Assembly (NCBI GenBank): GCA_000320545.1
Contig: ADNK01002197.1
Span: forward strand, 1 to 45,206
Length of the DNA: 45,206 bases
Direction of reading: 5' to 3'
From: Bigelowiella natans CCMP2755
Lineage: Eukaryota > Protista > Cercozoa
In this document: positions 24,812 through 35,984 of the stretch, in pieces
Layout: every line of letters begins with the position of its first letter
How positions within the stretch are numbered: position 1 is the first letter of the stretch
The notes under the pieces: model-generated
The model's input: the letters and a program-made list of their open reading frames with translations, nothing else
Databases searched by the model: none
What the model was told of the DNA's origin: nothing
Translations under genes and position numbers: made by a program

Positions 24812-27474
24812 ATGACGATCGTCATGTCAGAGATCCCTTTGGAAACCGTCTCTATCGATTCGGGGCTGGAACGAAAGGACACGGTAAATAGATGCTTTCG
24901 CGTCGTACAAGGAGCTGTGCGGTGGTTTGTGCAATGATGTCTGGTGTTTGGCACCTTTGATTATTTTTTTACTATTTTGGATCTATACGTGTCACAGTTT
25001 ACACCAGCCAAAGTGGTAGTGGAAGTTGACTACACAACACAGGGATCAAGAATTTCAAAGAAAACCCGCTATATCATCGGCGGTGGCGTCCTAGTCGGCT
25101 TGCTTATCACGATATGTGTGGCACTAGGGGTAATTCTTTCAGGTAATAAAAAAACAAAACTGTTACATCTGAATTGCGGTGCTACGTTACATCATTCCCC
25201 CATCCATTATGTTGCTCCTCCTCCTTATCCCCATTCTCATTCTCGCTGATATCGACATTGCAGCCGGCCCAACGAGCACCGGAGACCTATCATGGCCTTC
25301 ACGATTACCAGAGACTTCAATCGAAACTCTCGCGATCACAGCTCAGCAGCTCTCTGTTCTAACCATATCAACATCACCTGAGGTTGATACGCAGGCCTCC
25401 ACCACCAGCAGCAACCTGCATGCAGAGCCGAGGCTTGGCGACCAGATGAATCACCGCCTTCAAGGCGCTCTTCGTTCCGCTGTCGCCCCTCACCTCCAGG
25501 AGGAGACGGCTAGAGCTTCTCGATCACGCTACGGCGGCACGCATAGACGAAAGAGATTCGTCTTAGCCCCAGGATCAAACGGCTTCGACCGCCTCAACGA
25601 GATGCTGTGCATCCTTGCGCAGGCACGCGTGTACTCGGTAAACCAAGAGAATTTCAGGGCCACAATCGACCGACTCGCCTGCCGTCCGCTGGATATCATC
25701 GATGACACCCAGCAGATGGTGACGTACTATGCTTATGAGAACCAGGTCAGCACGAAGCCAGACGGCGAGCTGCGGTACTCTGGGATCCTAGTCGGCGAAA
25801 TCGGCGAGTACACCCACCAGTACGAGTACCTCTTCTCTCTCACATTTGGGTTGGCGGCGTGTGAGGGCATCTTCCTCGAGAGACTGAATGTGCCGGGCCA
25901 GGGCCTTCGCAACACTTGCGTGAAGGGCCGTCTGAGGTACGAGGAGCGCCACACGGTAGACGGAGTGGTTACAAAGCTTAGCAGCTTCCGCGCACTGAGG
26001 GAGGACGGGCCTGTTTTCAATGTCTCGATCTACTTCAGAGAACACACCATAAACGCCCTGGGTCGGATGCAGACGCAACGAAACGTGCTCATCAAGCAGG
26101 ACTTTCACGGTGAGAGCGTGCGGGGCATTGCGTCCTACTTCGATGCTGCGGACAACATCAACGGCTGGCTGCAGGACAGGCGAATATTCATCTGCTGGAA
26201 CGCTGAGAATGGCCATGTGAAGTTCAATGCAGGCAACACCACCGAAGAGGCGTGTCGAGACTTCTCCCCGCTCTACAACAACGACGATGATGACGACGCC
26301 AACAGCAACAGCCCTCAAAACATCTTAGCGGATAGCTCAATCTGCATCGTGAGGAGCCGTAAGAAGGAGTACCCCCTCGATTACGCCGTTTACGATGGAG
26401 ACTATCAGCAGGTTGAGTTCGGACAAACGCGGCTAGTTCTGCGCTATGAAGGAGCAAACGCAGCAGGAAGCACCCGCAAGTGCTTCTGCTCTGCGAATCG
26501 ATATAACTCGTTTTTCACCTGCGACGGGATCGATGGCGAGGCCCCGGAGGGTATTTCCACACGCCCTGAGGAGAATGCGATAAGGCGTGGAAGGGGGAGA
26601 GAATGATTTGCTTTTTCCGAAGCCGCATTTATTTAAATCTTTAGTTTTGGAAATGTGTCGTATTCGAGAGTCACAGCATGCCATATACAAACCACATATT
26701 CACGGATTATATACAAATAGCACCTTCTCTTATTGGCCGAAATTCGTCGTTGTTCGGTTTCTCTCTCCCCTTTCCTCTCCTCATTCTCCCTTCCCCCTCT
26801 CTCTATGCTCCCTCATAGCGTTCTACCCCGAAGACAAGACGATTTTGAGGCCACTTGCTGGACCTGGGAGGTGTCCTCTTCTTCACTATTATTTGAATTG
26901 TTGCATCTCGATTCCTTCCATGATAACCCTCGCGACTGTCGGTAACCTTGCTTTGCTATTCTGCAGGTACCGCGCGGTGTTCTCCAACGCGAAGGTGATG
27001 AATAAGAGCTTGGTAGCCTACGAAATGCAAGAAGTACGGAACAAACGGAGACTTCGGTTTACCTATGAGGCGGCCAGCGGCGTTGTACGGCAGATTATTC
27101 TGCAGAATGAAAGAGGGAATCAATGGGTAGCCACCCTCAACCTCTCAGCCCCTCCCCCCATTCTTCACCACCAACCCCCTTTTCCCCCCCCCATTTAAAT
27201 CGATAGAGCGTCGCTTATGGTCTTGTTTGGTTGTGAAACTTGTCGCTGGTTACCGTTAAAACTTCAGTGTATTAAATTCGAGCGAACACAGAGCAATGGC
27301 GTCTGGACCCGCTTTACGCCGGGAAAGGACTGCGTGGACGTGAAAACCCTAGTGAGGAAGCAGTATGCCTTCTTCTCCGCTGCCTACGTGAACGATGAGA
27401 AGTATACCAGCAGGGCCACTGGTGCGTGTCAAATGCCGCAAATCAAACCTCCAGCCCTCTCCCTATTCAACTAT

Positions 27475-27516
<42 letters not shown>

Positions 27517-27944
27517 ATACACATTCACTCACGCACATTTACACACCCTCACACACATTTGCTAACACACTTACACGCCCACACACGCTTAATAATAGAC
27601 GAAGAGGACTATTTAGATAAGGAGGAAGGCGAGATGTTGTTAGACCTCGATTCGCTCGCAATGTACGGTCACAGGAACGAGGGCATGGTGCAAGCCCTCG
27701 AGAAAGATCTGAGAATGTTCTGCGTGTTGCGCTGTCTGAGCGAGGTGAGCGGAGCGGGATCGAAGAATGAGGAAGCGTGTTGTGTTGATACTATAATTCA
27801 CTCACATCAGAATGCATCAGAATGTGTGTTATGGTGTGAGCCTACGCTCATTACGCTCATACCTGTTTTCTTGCGATTAAACGCTTCGTCGTCAAGTCTG
27901 AGTGTGTACTTTCCCCGTGCTGGTCGTGTTTCTGCCCTCTTCTC

Positions 27945-27996
<52 letters not shown>

Positions 27997-28335
27997 TCCC
28001 TCTTTCTCTCTCTTTCTCGCTCTCCATCGAGGTACAATTGTTCGGAAAGCTGCGTTGTACTCGGAAGACGCGCTGCCCAAAGGCGGAGTTCGGGGCTTTG
28101 GAGAAGCCGTACTACGAGTTTGATGACTCGGATAGCAGCAACGATGGATCCAACGCTCAGCAGCCCTACAAGACCTACGAGTGTGTTTTTCCATGCGAAT
28201 GATGATCACGATGATGATGACGATGATGATGGTAGTAATGATAGCGGTACATGCACCCCTTCCTCCTATTTACTTTCGAAAAGTAGAGCTGTGTATCTGT
28301 CTTTCTCTCTCTTTCTCTCTCTTTCTCTCTCTTTC

Positions 28336-28383
<48 letters not shown>

Positions 28384-30056
28384 TCCCTATCCCCCTCTCC
28401 CGATGAGTGTGAGCGTCCCTTCGTTTGTTCGTAGATACGTGATGAAGAAGGAGGACCATTTGCTCTACCTGCTCACCGCGGTGGGGGGGAGGGGGGGTGA
28501 AAAGAAGGAGGCACTCCTTCAGCCAACAGCCGAATCCACATCATACGTGATGTATTCGGGAGAAACCCCTCCGCGTACAGAGGAGGATCTTGCTGGGATG
28601 CTCATCAGACCGAACACGTATAAACTCTCGGTTACACTCGGTTCCAAGGCGGAGTCCTCTGCGCGCGCGCTCTACCTCTCGAAGAGGGTTGCGGGGCAGC
28701 CAGGGCTCGCAGAGAAGCAGAGCTTCCGCAAGTCGTTCTCCTGTGCTGCTCATCTCCAAGGTATATTGCATATTACCCAGGGGGAAGGAGCGATCGGAAG
28801 GGCGCGGCGGGAACCTCTTCGTCCCCTACCTCCTTCGCCTGCTAAGCGACCGCAGTTGCGGTGCTCGTGTAGCATGTTGCGCGTGATGATAACAGTGGAT
28901 GTTTCGGGTGTTACTGCTGTTATTTTTGTAGTAGTAGTGAGGAGGAGGAGGAGTAGTAGTAGTGGTAGCAGTAGCGTTTCTTTCACGACAATCGACCGAC
29001 CGGCCTTCAGGTGATAGAAACGGCGACACAGAAAGTTCCGGGGCAAAATACGTGCTCGCCTTCGACTCGGACGGAATCAAAGGCGGGATCGAGATGAGGG
29101 GTCAAACCATTACGATTGGGGATAGTCGTCTCGGCACTCAGGTGGGTATTGACATCTTGATGGAAGTGTAAGGAGGAGGAGGAGGAGGAACTACGATGAC
29201 GAGAGCAATGATAATAATGGTGATGGGGGAGGAGAGGGAGCCTGTGGTTGTAGCGCACGTTCCTGCCAGATATACCCATTTCTTCTTCTTCTTCTTCATC
29301 TTCTTCTTCCTCCTTTTCTATCCTATCTTCTTGCGTATGTTACTGCCCTCCCCTTCTACGTTCATCTCTTTTCAGTTTGCATCCATAGAGAAAAGACAGC
29401 TGTCCTTTCCTATTAATGTGCACAGTCCTGATATTGATAATATATTAAGATATTTGATATCTTTGACATCAGAGCGTTAGGGTGCCGTACCCCCCCTTGC
29501 CAGACAACACAGTCTGTCGGCACTCGAATGGAACGAGGTGGGTAAATGTTAAGAACGTGATGGTTTGGAGAATGCGGTGATAGCGAGATGATCCAAATGA
29601 GAAAAAATCGTATTGTGATATCGACATGGGGCACGTATCTGTCTTTATACTTGGATGATGGGCGCGCGAATTCGCCGTCTTTGCTCTCTGTTTGTGCCCT
29701 CCGGGTTGTTTGTGTAGGTATTACATCAGGGCTTCCCGTTCCGTTGTAGTCCAGGCGGTACAAAACGATCGCTCATGCAGGGAGAAAATAAAGGTAGCAT
29801 GCACGTGCTAGTCTACGGAGAGAAGCGCGATTTCAGTTTCACCGTGATGTATGGTACGGTGTGTATTATTTCCTCCGCCAAGCTCAAATATTTGTGTCTG
29901 CTCGAGGTACTTGTTTCTCCCGGTCCTCCTCCTGAGGGGAGAGCTCCTAATTTACAGGATATCGACGTGCCGAATGAGGACAGTCAAGGGCGATTCCCTC
30001 TTTGTGTCGTAATGGGAGGGCTACGAAGAAACAATGCCGACTGCGCATTCTTCTAA
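24812..30056 (+). CDS. Large type II membrane protein with a Cys-containing ectodomain of unknown function (~13 exons)
   Basis: Short N-terminal tail, basic residues then a TM segment (KKTRYIIGGGVLVGLLITICVALGVILS), RRKR site, a ~1.29-kb exon (~25264-26550), then in-phase small exons ending ...PLCVVMGGLRRNNADCAFF*. Confidence 0.75.
27940..28385. repeat. Two intronic (CT)n tracts and a (GAT)n tract flanking one exon
   Basis: Directly visible at ~27940-28015, ~28200-28230 and ~28300-28385. Confidence 0.9.
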
Positions 30057-30664
30057 CACAGCTTTTGTGGTCGGGATAGGGAAAGGGGGGCTCGCCACAT
30101 GCCACGGCAGAGAGTCATGAATGCCGTGGTAGTAGTGAATGGTAGGTGCTGGTGCATCGTTCAAAATGTCAGTATTTTGCTTGCTATGATCATCTCGTAA
30201 ACGTGCAATATATGGATAAGCCGAGTTAGATCCAGCACTGTGTTATTTAGAGCTAACAGTAAAGACGTGAGGCGGCGCTATTAGCGATACTTGTGCATGT
30301 GTGGAGCAAGTGCTGGCGAATGTATATTTTCTAGCCCCATACAACAACAAGATATATTTGTTTAGACCTTTATTCCCTGCTGCATGCGATGTTTATATGG
30401 TCTTGCTATTACACAACAAACATCCTGTGCACAGCGCATGTAGCGGCACATGTGAGTTGTATCATCTAAGATTTTGTATTTGTATAATAAGACGAAGATA
30501 CAATCGACGTATTGCGAAGAGCGTCCTATCGATGGGCGCGTTGTGACATACTGTGAAATACTCATGATGGCAGGAGGTAGGCCATTGCTATCTGCCACGT
30601 TGTTGTTTAAGCGCCGCTTCTTCGAAAAAGCTTGTTGTTTGCTTACATCCCATCAACACTATCA

Positions 30665-32120
30665 TCAATAGGAAAAGAAATCTGCGAGGACGAGGAGGTC
30701 CCAAAGCCGACCAAGAGCGTAGATGACCGCTAATTGTAACAGATTCCACGCCAACCCTTGCGCAACCCGAAGGAGGAGAGCTCTCATAGGCCGCAGACTG
30801 CGTCCTGCCATCAATCTCTCCACTTCCCTCTCTGTTAGTACCCTGTCATTGGTCTCGATCAGCACTGTACCGTCTCGCTGTCGAGTGAAAACGGATGTGC
30901 GTTCAACCAGTTCTCTGCGCATCATTACCACCACAAATCATAAATCAAACTCGATGACCCTACAGCAGCAGCAGCAGCAGCAGAATGCGGGAACGATGGG
31001 GTGTGACTAGCATGCATGATGCATGCTGGCTGGGTTGCCAATCATCGTCATAGTCAACTGCATACCCTTTGTTGTTGCGAGTAATTTCTCTCTCCAGCGA
31101 CCGACCGAAGATAAACGGGAACGCCACCTTGACCCCACGGTGGAGACACCCTCGGACTAACGAGATCCCGCGGTGGGCGACGTGAGTTGCAGCAGAGCAT
31201 AGGCGGAAGGCCACGTGTTCGTTCTGCGACGTAAGGTTCGGCGTCTCTCTTGTTGGGTTGTAGCCACTATGGGCACTCGACTGAGGAGGTGCGGACGAGG
31301 AGAAAGGCGGTGATGGGTCCAGAGATGATGAAGAAGCTCCTCCACCGTAGAAGATGCCGGGGACGTCTCCATTTTCCTGATGATATTCGCTCGGGGATCC
31401 TTTGTTGAACGCATCACCACTGCCTTGATCGCCGTAGTCATGAGGATAGCGAGAGATGTCGTATTGACGACGCTTCTCTTCGTCTGATAGGCACTTATAT
31501 GCCTTTTTAGAATATATCAAAACAGTTGCTCATGCCCACTTGTCCGGGAAAAACACGTTTCATTGAGCCACCCACATAAAATAGCAGCACAACGTCTACC
31601 TGCAGGAGGACTTTGAACCGTTCGTGCGCCCTCATCTTGGTCGCAGGAGTGTGGTGCTTGTCTGGGTGCCACCTAATCATTCATACGTGGAAACGCAGCT
31701 TCATCAGCGAAGAGGCAAGTTTACTTTTCCCTCCCACTTGATCATCTCACCCACGACGCCTAGCTTCGTTGTGCTGGCCGTTGTGGCAACGCATCTAATC
31801 GCTAGATTGATCGAGGTGGGAAACTGGGGAGAAAATGTTTACTTCTGAGAGAGCGATCGATATGCCCGTTTGACCTCGTCCGTTGTGGCGTCTGATGGAA
31901 TCCCGAGAATCTTGTAGTAGTCGGAGGGAACTGTGTCATCATCTGCTCCTCCCCATCCTCCCCACCCGAGGCCTCTGAGCCTCGCAACTCGATGCGAAGG
32001 CGAGCAGCACCGAAGCATCATCAGGCCTAAACCAAGCATGAAGCTGGAAGCTACGATGAGTGGTAATGTTGAAACCGCCGCCGGGTTTTTGTTGACTTGT
32101 GGCGGGGAAGACGCCACCAT
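30665..32120 (-). CDS. J-domain (DnaJ/Hsp40 type C) protein with N-terminal hydrophobic leader and C-terminal TM segment
   Basis: Spliced J-domain: [32 protein letters not shown]...RFKVLLQ-AYKCLSDEEKRRQYD, with HPD intact. Hydrophobic C-terminus LAWNLLQLAVIYALG. Confidence 0.9.
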
Positions 32121-32384
32121 TCTCCCCCCCCTAACTTACGTCGCCGCGCGCGCAGTGCACAGCTTCTACCCGGCCCCCGGGGCAGCCATCAGATTCGACC
32201 AGGGCGTGGTTTTCTCTGTTTTCCAGGAGCACAAATAATCGCGCCCATATCCTACGCGCGCGTTTTTTTAGGAACTGCAGTGCATTTTAAGAGAATTTCC
32301 ATGAATTCGGTTGTCGCAAGATGATGATGCCCTTGGCGTTTTAGCCATACTCTAAGAAATATATCCACCCTGTTATCACCCACG

Positions 32385-33140
32385 ATGGGGCAACCTCCCT
32401 TATTAACGAAGGCTAAGAAGCCTAAGACAGCCCGTAACTACAACATGATAGAAGGAAAGAACATCAAGATTGTCTTCGTTGGGGACTCGTTTGTTGACCA
32501 GAAAGGTTACATTTTCAATGTGATGGGAATTCCTTTGGAAGAGCGAGCTAATGCTGGAGTAGCGATAGTGACAGAGGTTCCAAGTACCAAAATTTGTGGG
32601 GCAACATGTATGCTTCAAGTAACAGACGGAGCTTCAGATTACGATAGGGTGCGGCCTCTGGCATATGCTCAGGCAGATCTCTTCGTTCTCATGTACTCTT
32701 CTGAGTCGAAATCCTCCTTTGATGCTGTCACTACTAAATGGAATAAGGAAGTCAATCATGTAAGCTATTTTCTTTATTTGGGTAGCACTATTCCTTGAAT
32801 ATTTTCAATTATCGTCATACGTTTCGACATATCTCAGATTCTTTGATATCCGTTCATAGCATTTTTTCTCTAATATAATGTATTCCTCTAGCATGCTCTA
32901 GGCGTGCCAAAGGTGCTCCTTGGAATTGGCCCCCGTAGTGAAGAAGAAAATAAAAATGCGGATATAGTCTCAGTGGAGGATGCGAAATCACTAGCTGCAA
33001 AGCTTGGTGGCGTAACTGGAGCATTCTTTGCTAAAAAAGATGATGAGGATGAAGCTAAAGCGAGCATTAAAGAGATTTTGGGACATTTTGATGGAATTAT
33101 GAAAGCGCATTTGAGATCTAGTACCTGCAAAAAAAAGTAA
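32385..33140 (+). CDS. Divergent Rho/Rac-like small GTPase (probable pseudoGTPase), 2 exons
   Basis: Exons 32385-32759 and 32892-33140. Rho-type segments IKIVFVGD, DYDRVRPLAYAQADLFVLMYS, SFDAVTTKWNKEVNHH and VPKVLLG are present, but the G boxes are degenerate. Confidence 0.85.
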
Positions 33141-33696
33141 TAAGAACCTGCAAGAAGATGGTAGGTGAATGAGTTTCAATTTATCACATTTGGAAAGGCA
33201 GCATGCACGTAACGCGCCAGAAAATGTATTTATGCATGCTGCATCTCACTTGCCGTCCCGCTACGAGCACCAAAAAAATCGTCTAGATCGTGTGCACCAT
33301 TTCACTAGCCATTCATTGTTATTGTCATCACATGCGCACATGTATACACACATTTAGTGACCCAACACACACACGACTGCTACTGAAGTACACTGGTACA
33401 GGCTAGCAGATGCCGGCACAGCATGAGCTCTTGTCTTGCGTGTTGTGCGCTGCAACGACATGTGCATCACTTATGCATGCGTTTTCATTTGTACGATGCG
33501 AGCCGCCGAACAAAGATGCTATGAGAGTGGTGTAATAAAGTCTAAAATAAATGTTAAATATACGTACACAATGCGTGGCGGTTGATCATCATCAGGCCAG
33601 CGACACCTTAAAGTTCGCTACGTAGCCTGTATACTTCGGCCATCAATGTGGTTATTAATTCTAAGCAAAAAAAAGGCAATAACCTGGTTCATCTCG

Positions 33697-35984
33697 TCAC
33701 ATCCCCGCAAGCCACATATCATAGTACTCTGCAGCCTGCGAAATGAAGACGAATCAAATCTCATATAGAGTATCAGGGCAACCTAATACTCAAGAACACT
33801 GTAACACCATAATACCTTTTTGAGCTCCCCCATATCGGTATAAAGATCGGCTATTTCTCCTGTTAAAGCTACGCGGCTATGCACCTTTGTTTATCGTCAA
33901 CAAGGAATGAGAAAGTACAAAGAAGAGAGGCGGGTTTTTCCAAAACACGAAAAGATCAGCGCAGAAAAGGTTGACAGGTATTTTACGTACAAATGCTCAT
34001 CAAATGAAAGAGTTCCAACTTTTACGAATGTTATGAACGCAAAATTTGAAGGAAGTTAATTCGGCACCGCTTCTGGGTATCCTGCGGCCAGGTGGAAAGC
34101 GGTTAATAGAGACTTGAGAGCTTCGTCATACTCGCCAATTTTCTGCAACAACGACGATAACCAACGATTATCATGACGAAGCATGTGGTAATCACATCAT
34201 ATTTCCCACGAAACTTAGAGTTCTATGAGTTTGTTCGCCGAAATAGTTTATATTTAGCGGCTTTTGCTACTTTGTAAATGACCCATGACGTCAAATCCTA
34301 CCTGGTATCCTCCAGCTAGCGCCCTTCGAGCATTCACAGAAAACCGTTTATTCTGTTGGGAATTGGAGAGTGGTGGGGGAGGAAGAAGGGGGAAACTCGT
34401 TGTTATATAGGGTGTCATTCAACTGTGTCAAGAGACACGACGAGGGGTGTGCTACACCTGGAGCTTATCGGCCGTCAAGAGGGCCAAAGACAGCTTCTCG
34501 ATACCTTCAGATTCGTTTCCCTGCAGTATTGTAGTCACGTATGAATAATATTGCTATTGGTGTGTAGGCAGGGGTTTGCCGCCATCACTACAACTCAACC
34601 ACAGTTGAAATAAGAAGTAGCAGAGTACCTTTCCGATATCTGAGTTTCCTTCATCAATTAGTGCGTATACCTTCTGTTCTTCGGGATCCATACTGTAAGG
34701 TATTGTAATGATAATGCTGCTGAGGATGGTGATGACAACGAGATTGATGATGATGATGATGATGATGGTGATGATGGCCATTAAAAATACATGCTGCTTT
34801 GTGATCACCACTACTATAACATGCCCGCCTTTGTGCGCACATAACATTTGTGTTTCGTGATGCGCCAAGTGCAAGATGTGTATTGATGAGATATTTTTGA
34901 TTAACTCATCATCCCCAGCGCCATTGGCATCTGCCCTCTTTTCGACGTATGAGATGACGGCGTCCTACCAGAACAGAAGATAAGAAATCAGGATTGAGGT
35001 GGATGCGAAATTCAGACCAAGTCATGAGAGTGTTGCAAACATCATGCTGTTTTCAATAGTACTAAAAGCCCACCGCGTAGCCACTGTTAGCAGATAATCT
35101 TTTTCAGTATTTCTTTTTATCATAACCATTCGAGATACCTTTTCCAAAAGCGCATTCTCTCGGCTACGCAGCTCCGCGTTGATATTTCGGAGTTGGTCGT
35201 TGAGCGCCTTTATTTCATCTCGCCTAGAAAAATCGTTGTACGTTGTAGATGAAGATGTGCCTGATTGACGCCTTCATACGAAAAAGAATACCCATGGACA
35301 CTACCTCCTTGCTGCGAGATAGCCAGTGACGGTGGCGCCGACCAGTCCCACGGATTGTAATGCGATAATGGCGGCAGGGACCTTGCCCATAGCCATTCCA
35401 TTCATCTGTGTACATTCCGAGCACACGTTCTCACATCAAGGCATTTAGCTTGGAGGCAAGGGGGTAGTCAACCTGAGTCATCACGCCTTTTGTGTTATCT
35501 CGAAGTCTTGAGATCCATCGCGGCCCTTTCGAAAGGGCATCCTTCTCTGACCTTGGGCTGCGTGTTGGAATCCTGTGTAGGAAATGAATTTCCGCTCGGT
35601 GTCTCAATGTTGTGCACGGTCGGTCATCCCGTCATTACATACTCTACCCCCACAGCAACTAAAATTTCGATGGCAGAGACGGGATGTTTCCATTGGAGAG
35701 CCTCTACACAATATTACCCTCTCATCATGCCATTTGAGGTTGGAAGGCGGACTGGTGTTCGGGGGCGCGAAGCTGGATGTGCCAGATGAGTAGACTGCGT
35801 ATCGCTACGAGAGCGGCCTTCCAATACGTAAACAAAGGTCAATTCGTATCAAACATGCACTCTATTCACTTTAGATTTATCTACCAATTGCGATAAACAG
35901 CACGGAGGAGGCGATGATGAGGAGGAGTAAGAGGGCGGGGAGGCTGCAACGCGGCGAGGACGATAAGAGCGGCGCGGGAGCCAT
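33697..35984 (-). CDS. FLU: FLU/FLP-like plastid TPR protein (negative regulator of glutamyl-tRNA reductase in plants), ~12 exons
   Basis: Signal peptide and transit peptide, then TM plus coiled coil (GLVGATVTGYLAARRRDEIKALNDQLRNINAELR) and TPRs ending GEIADLYTDMGELKKAAEYYD. This is collinear with plant FLU as I recall it (GATVGGLLARQRKGELQRLNEQLRQINAALR ... GAIADCYTELGDLEKAGKFYD). Confidence 0.9.
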
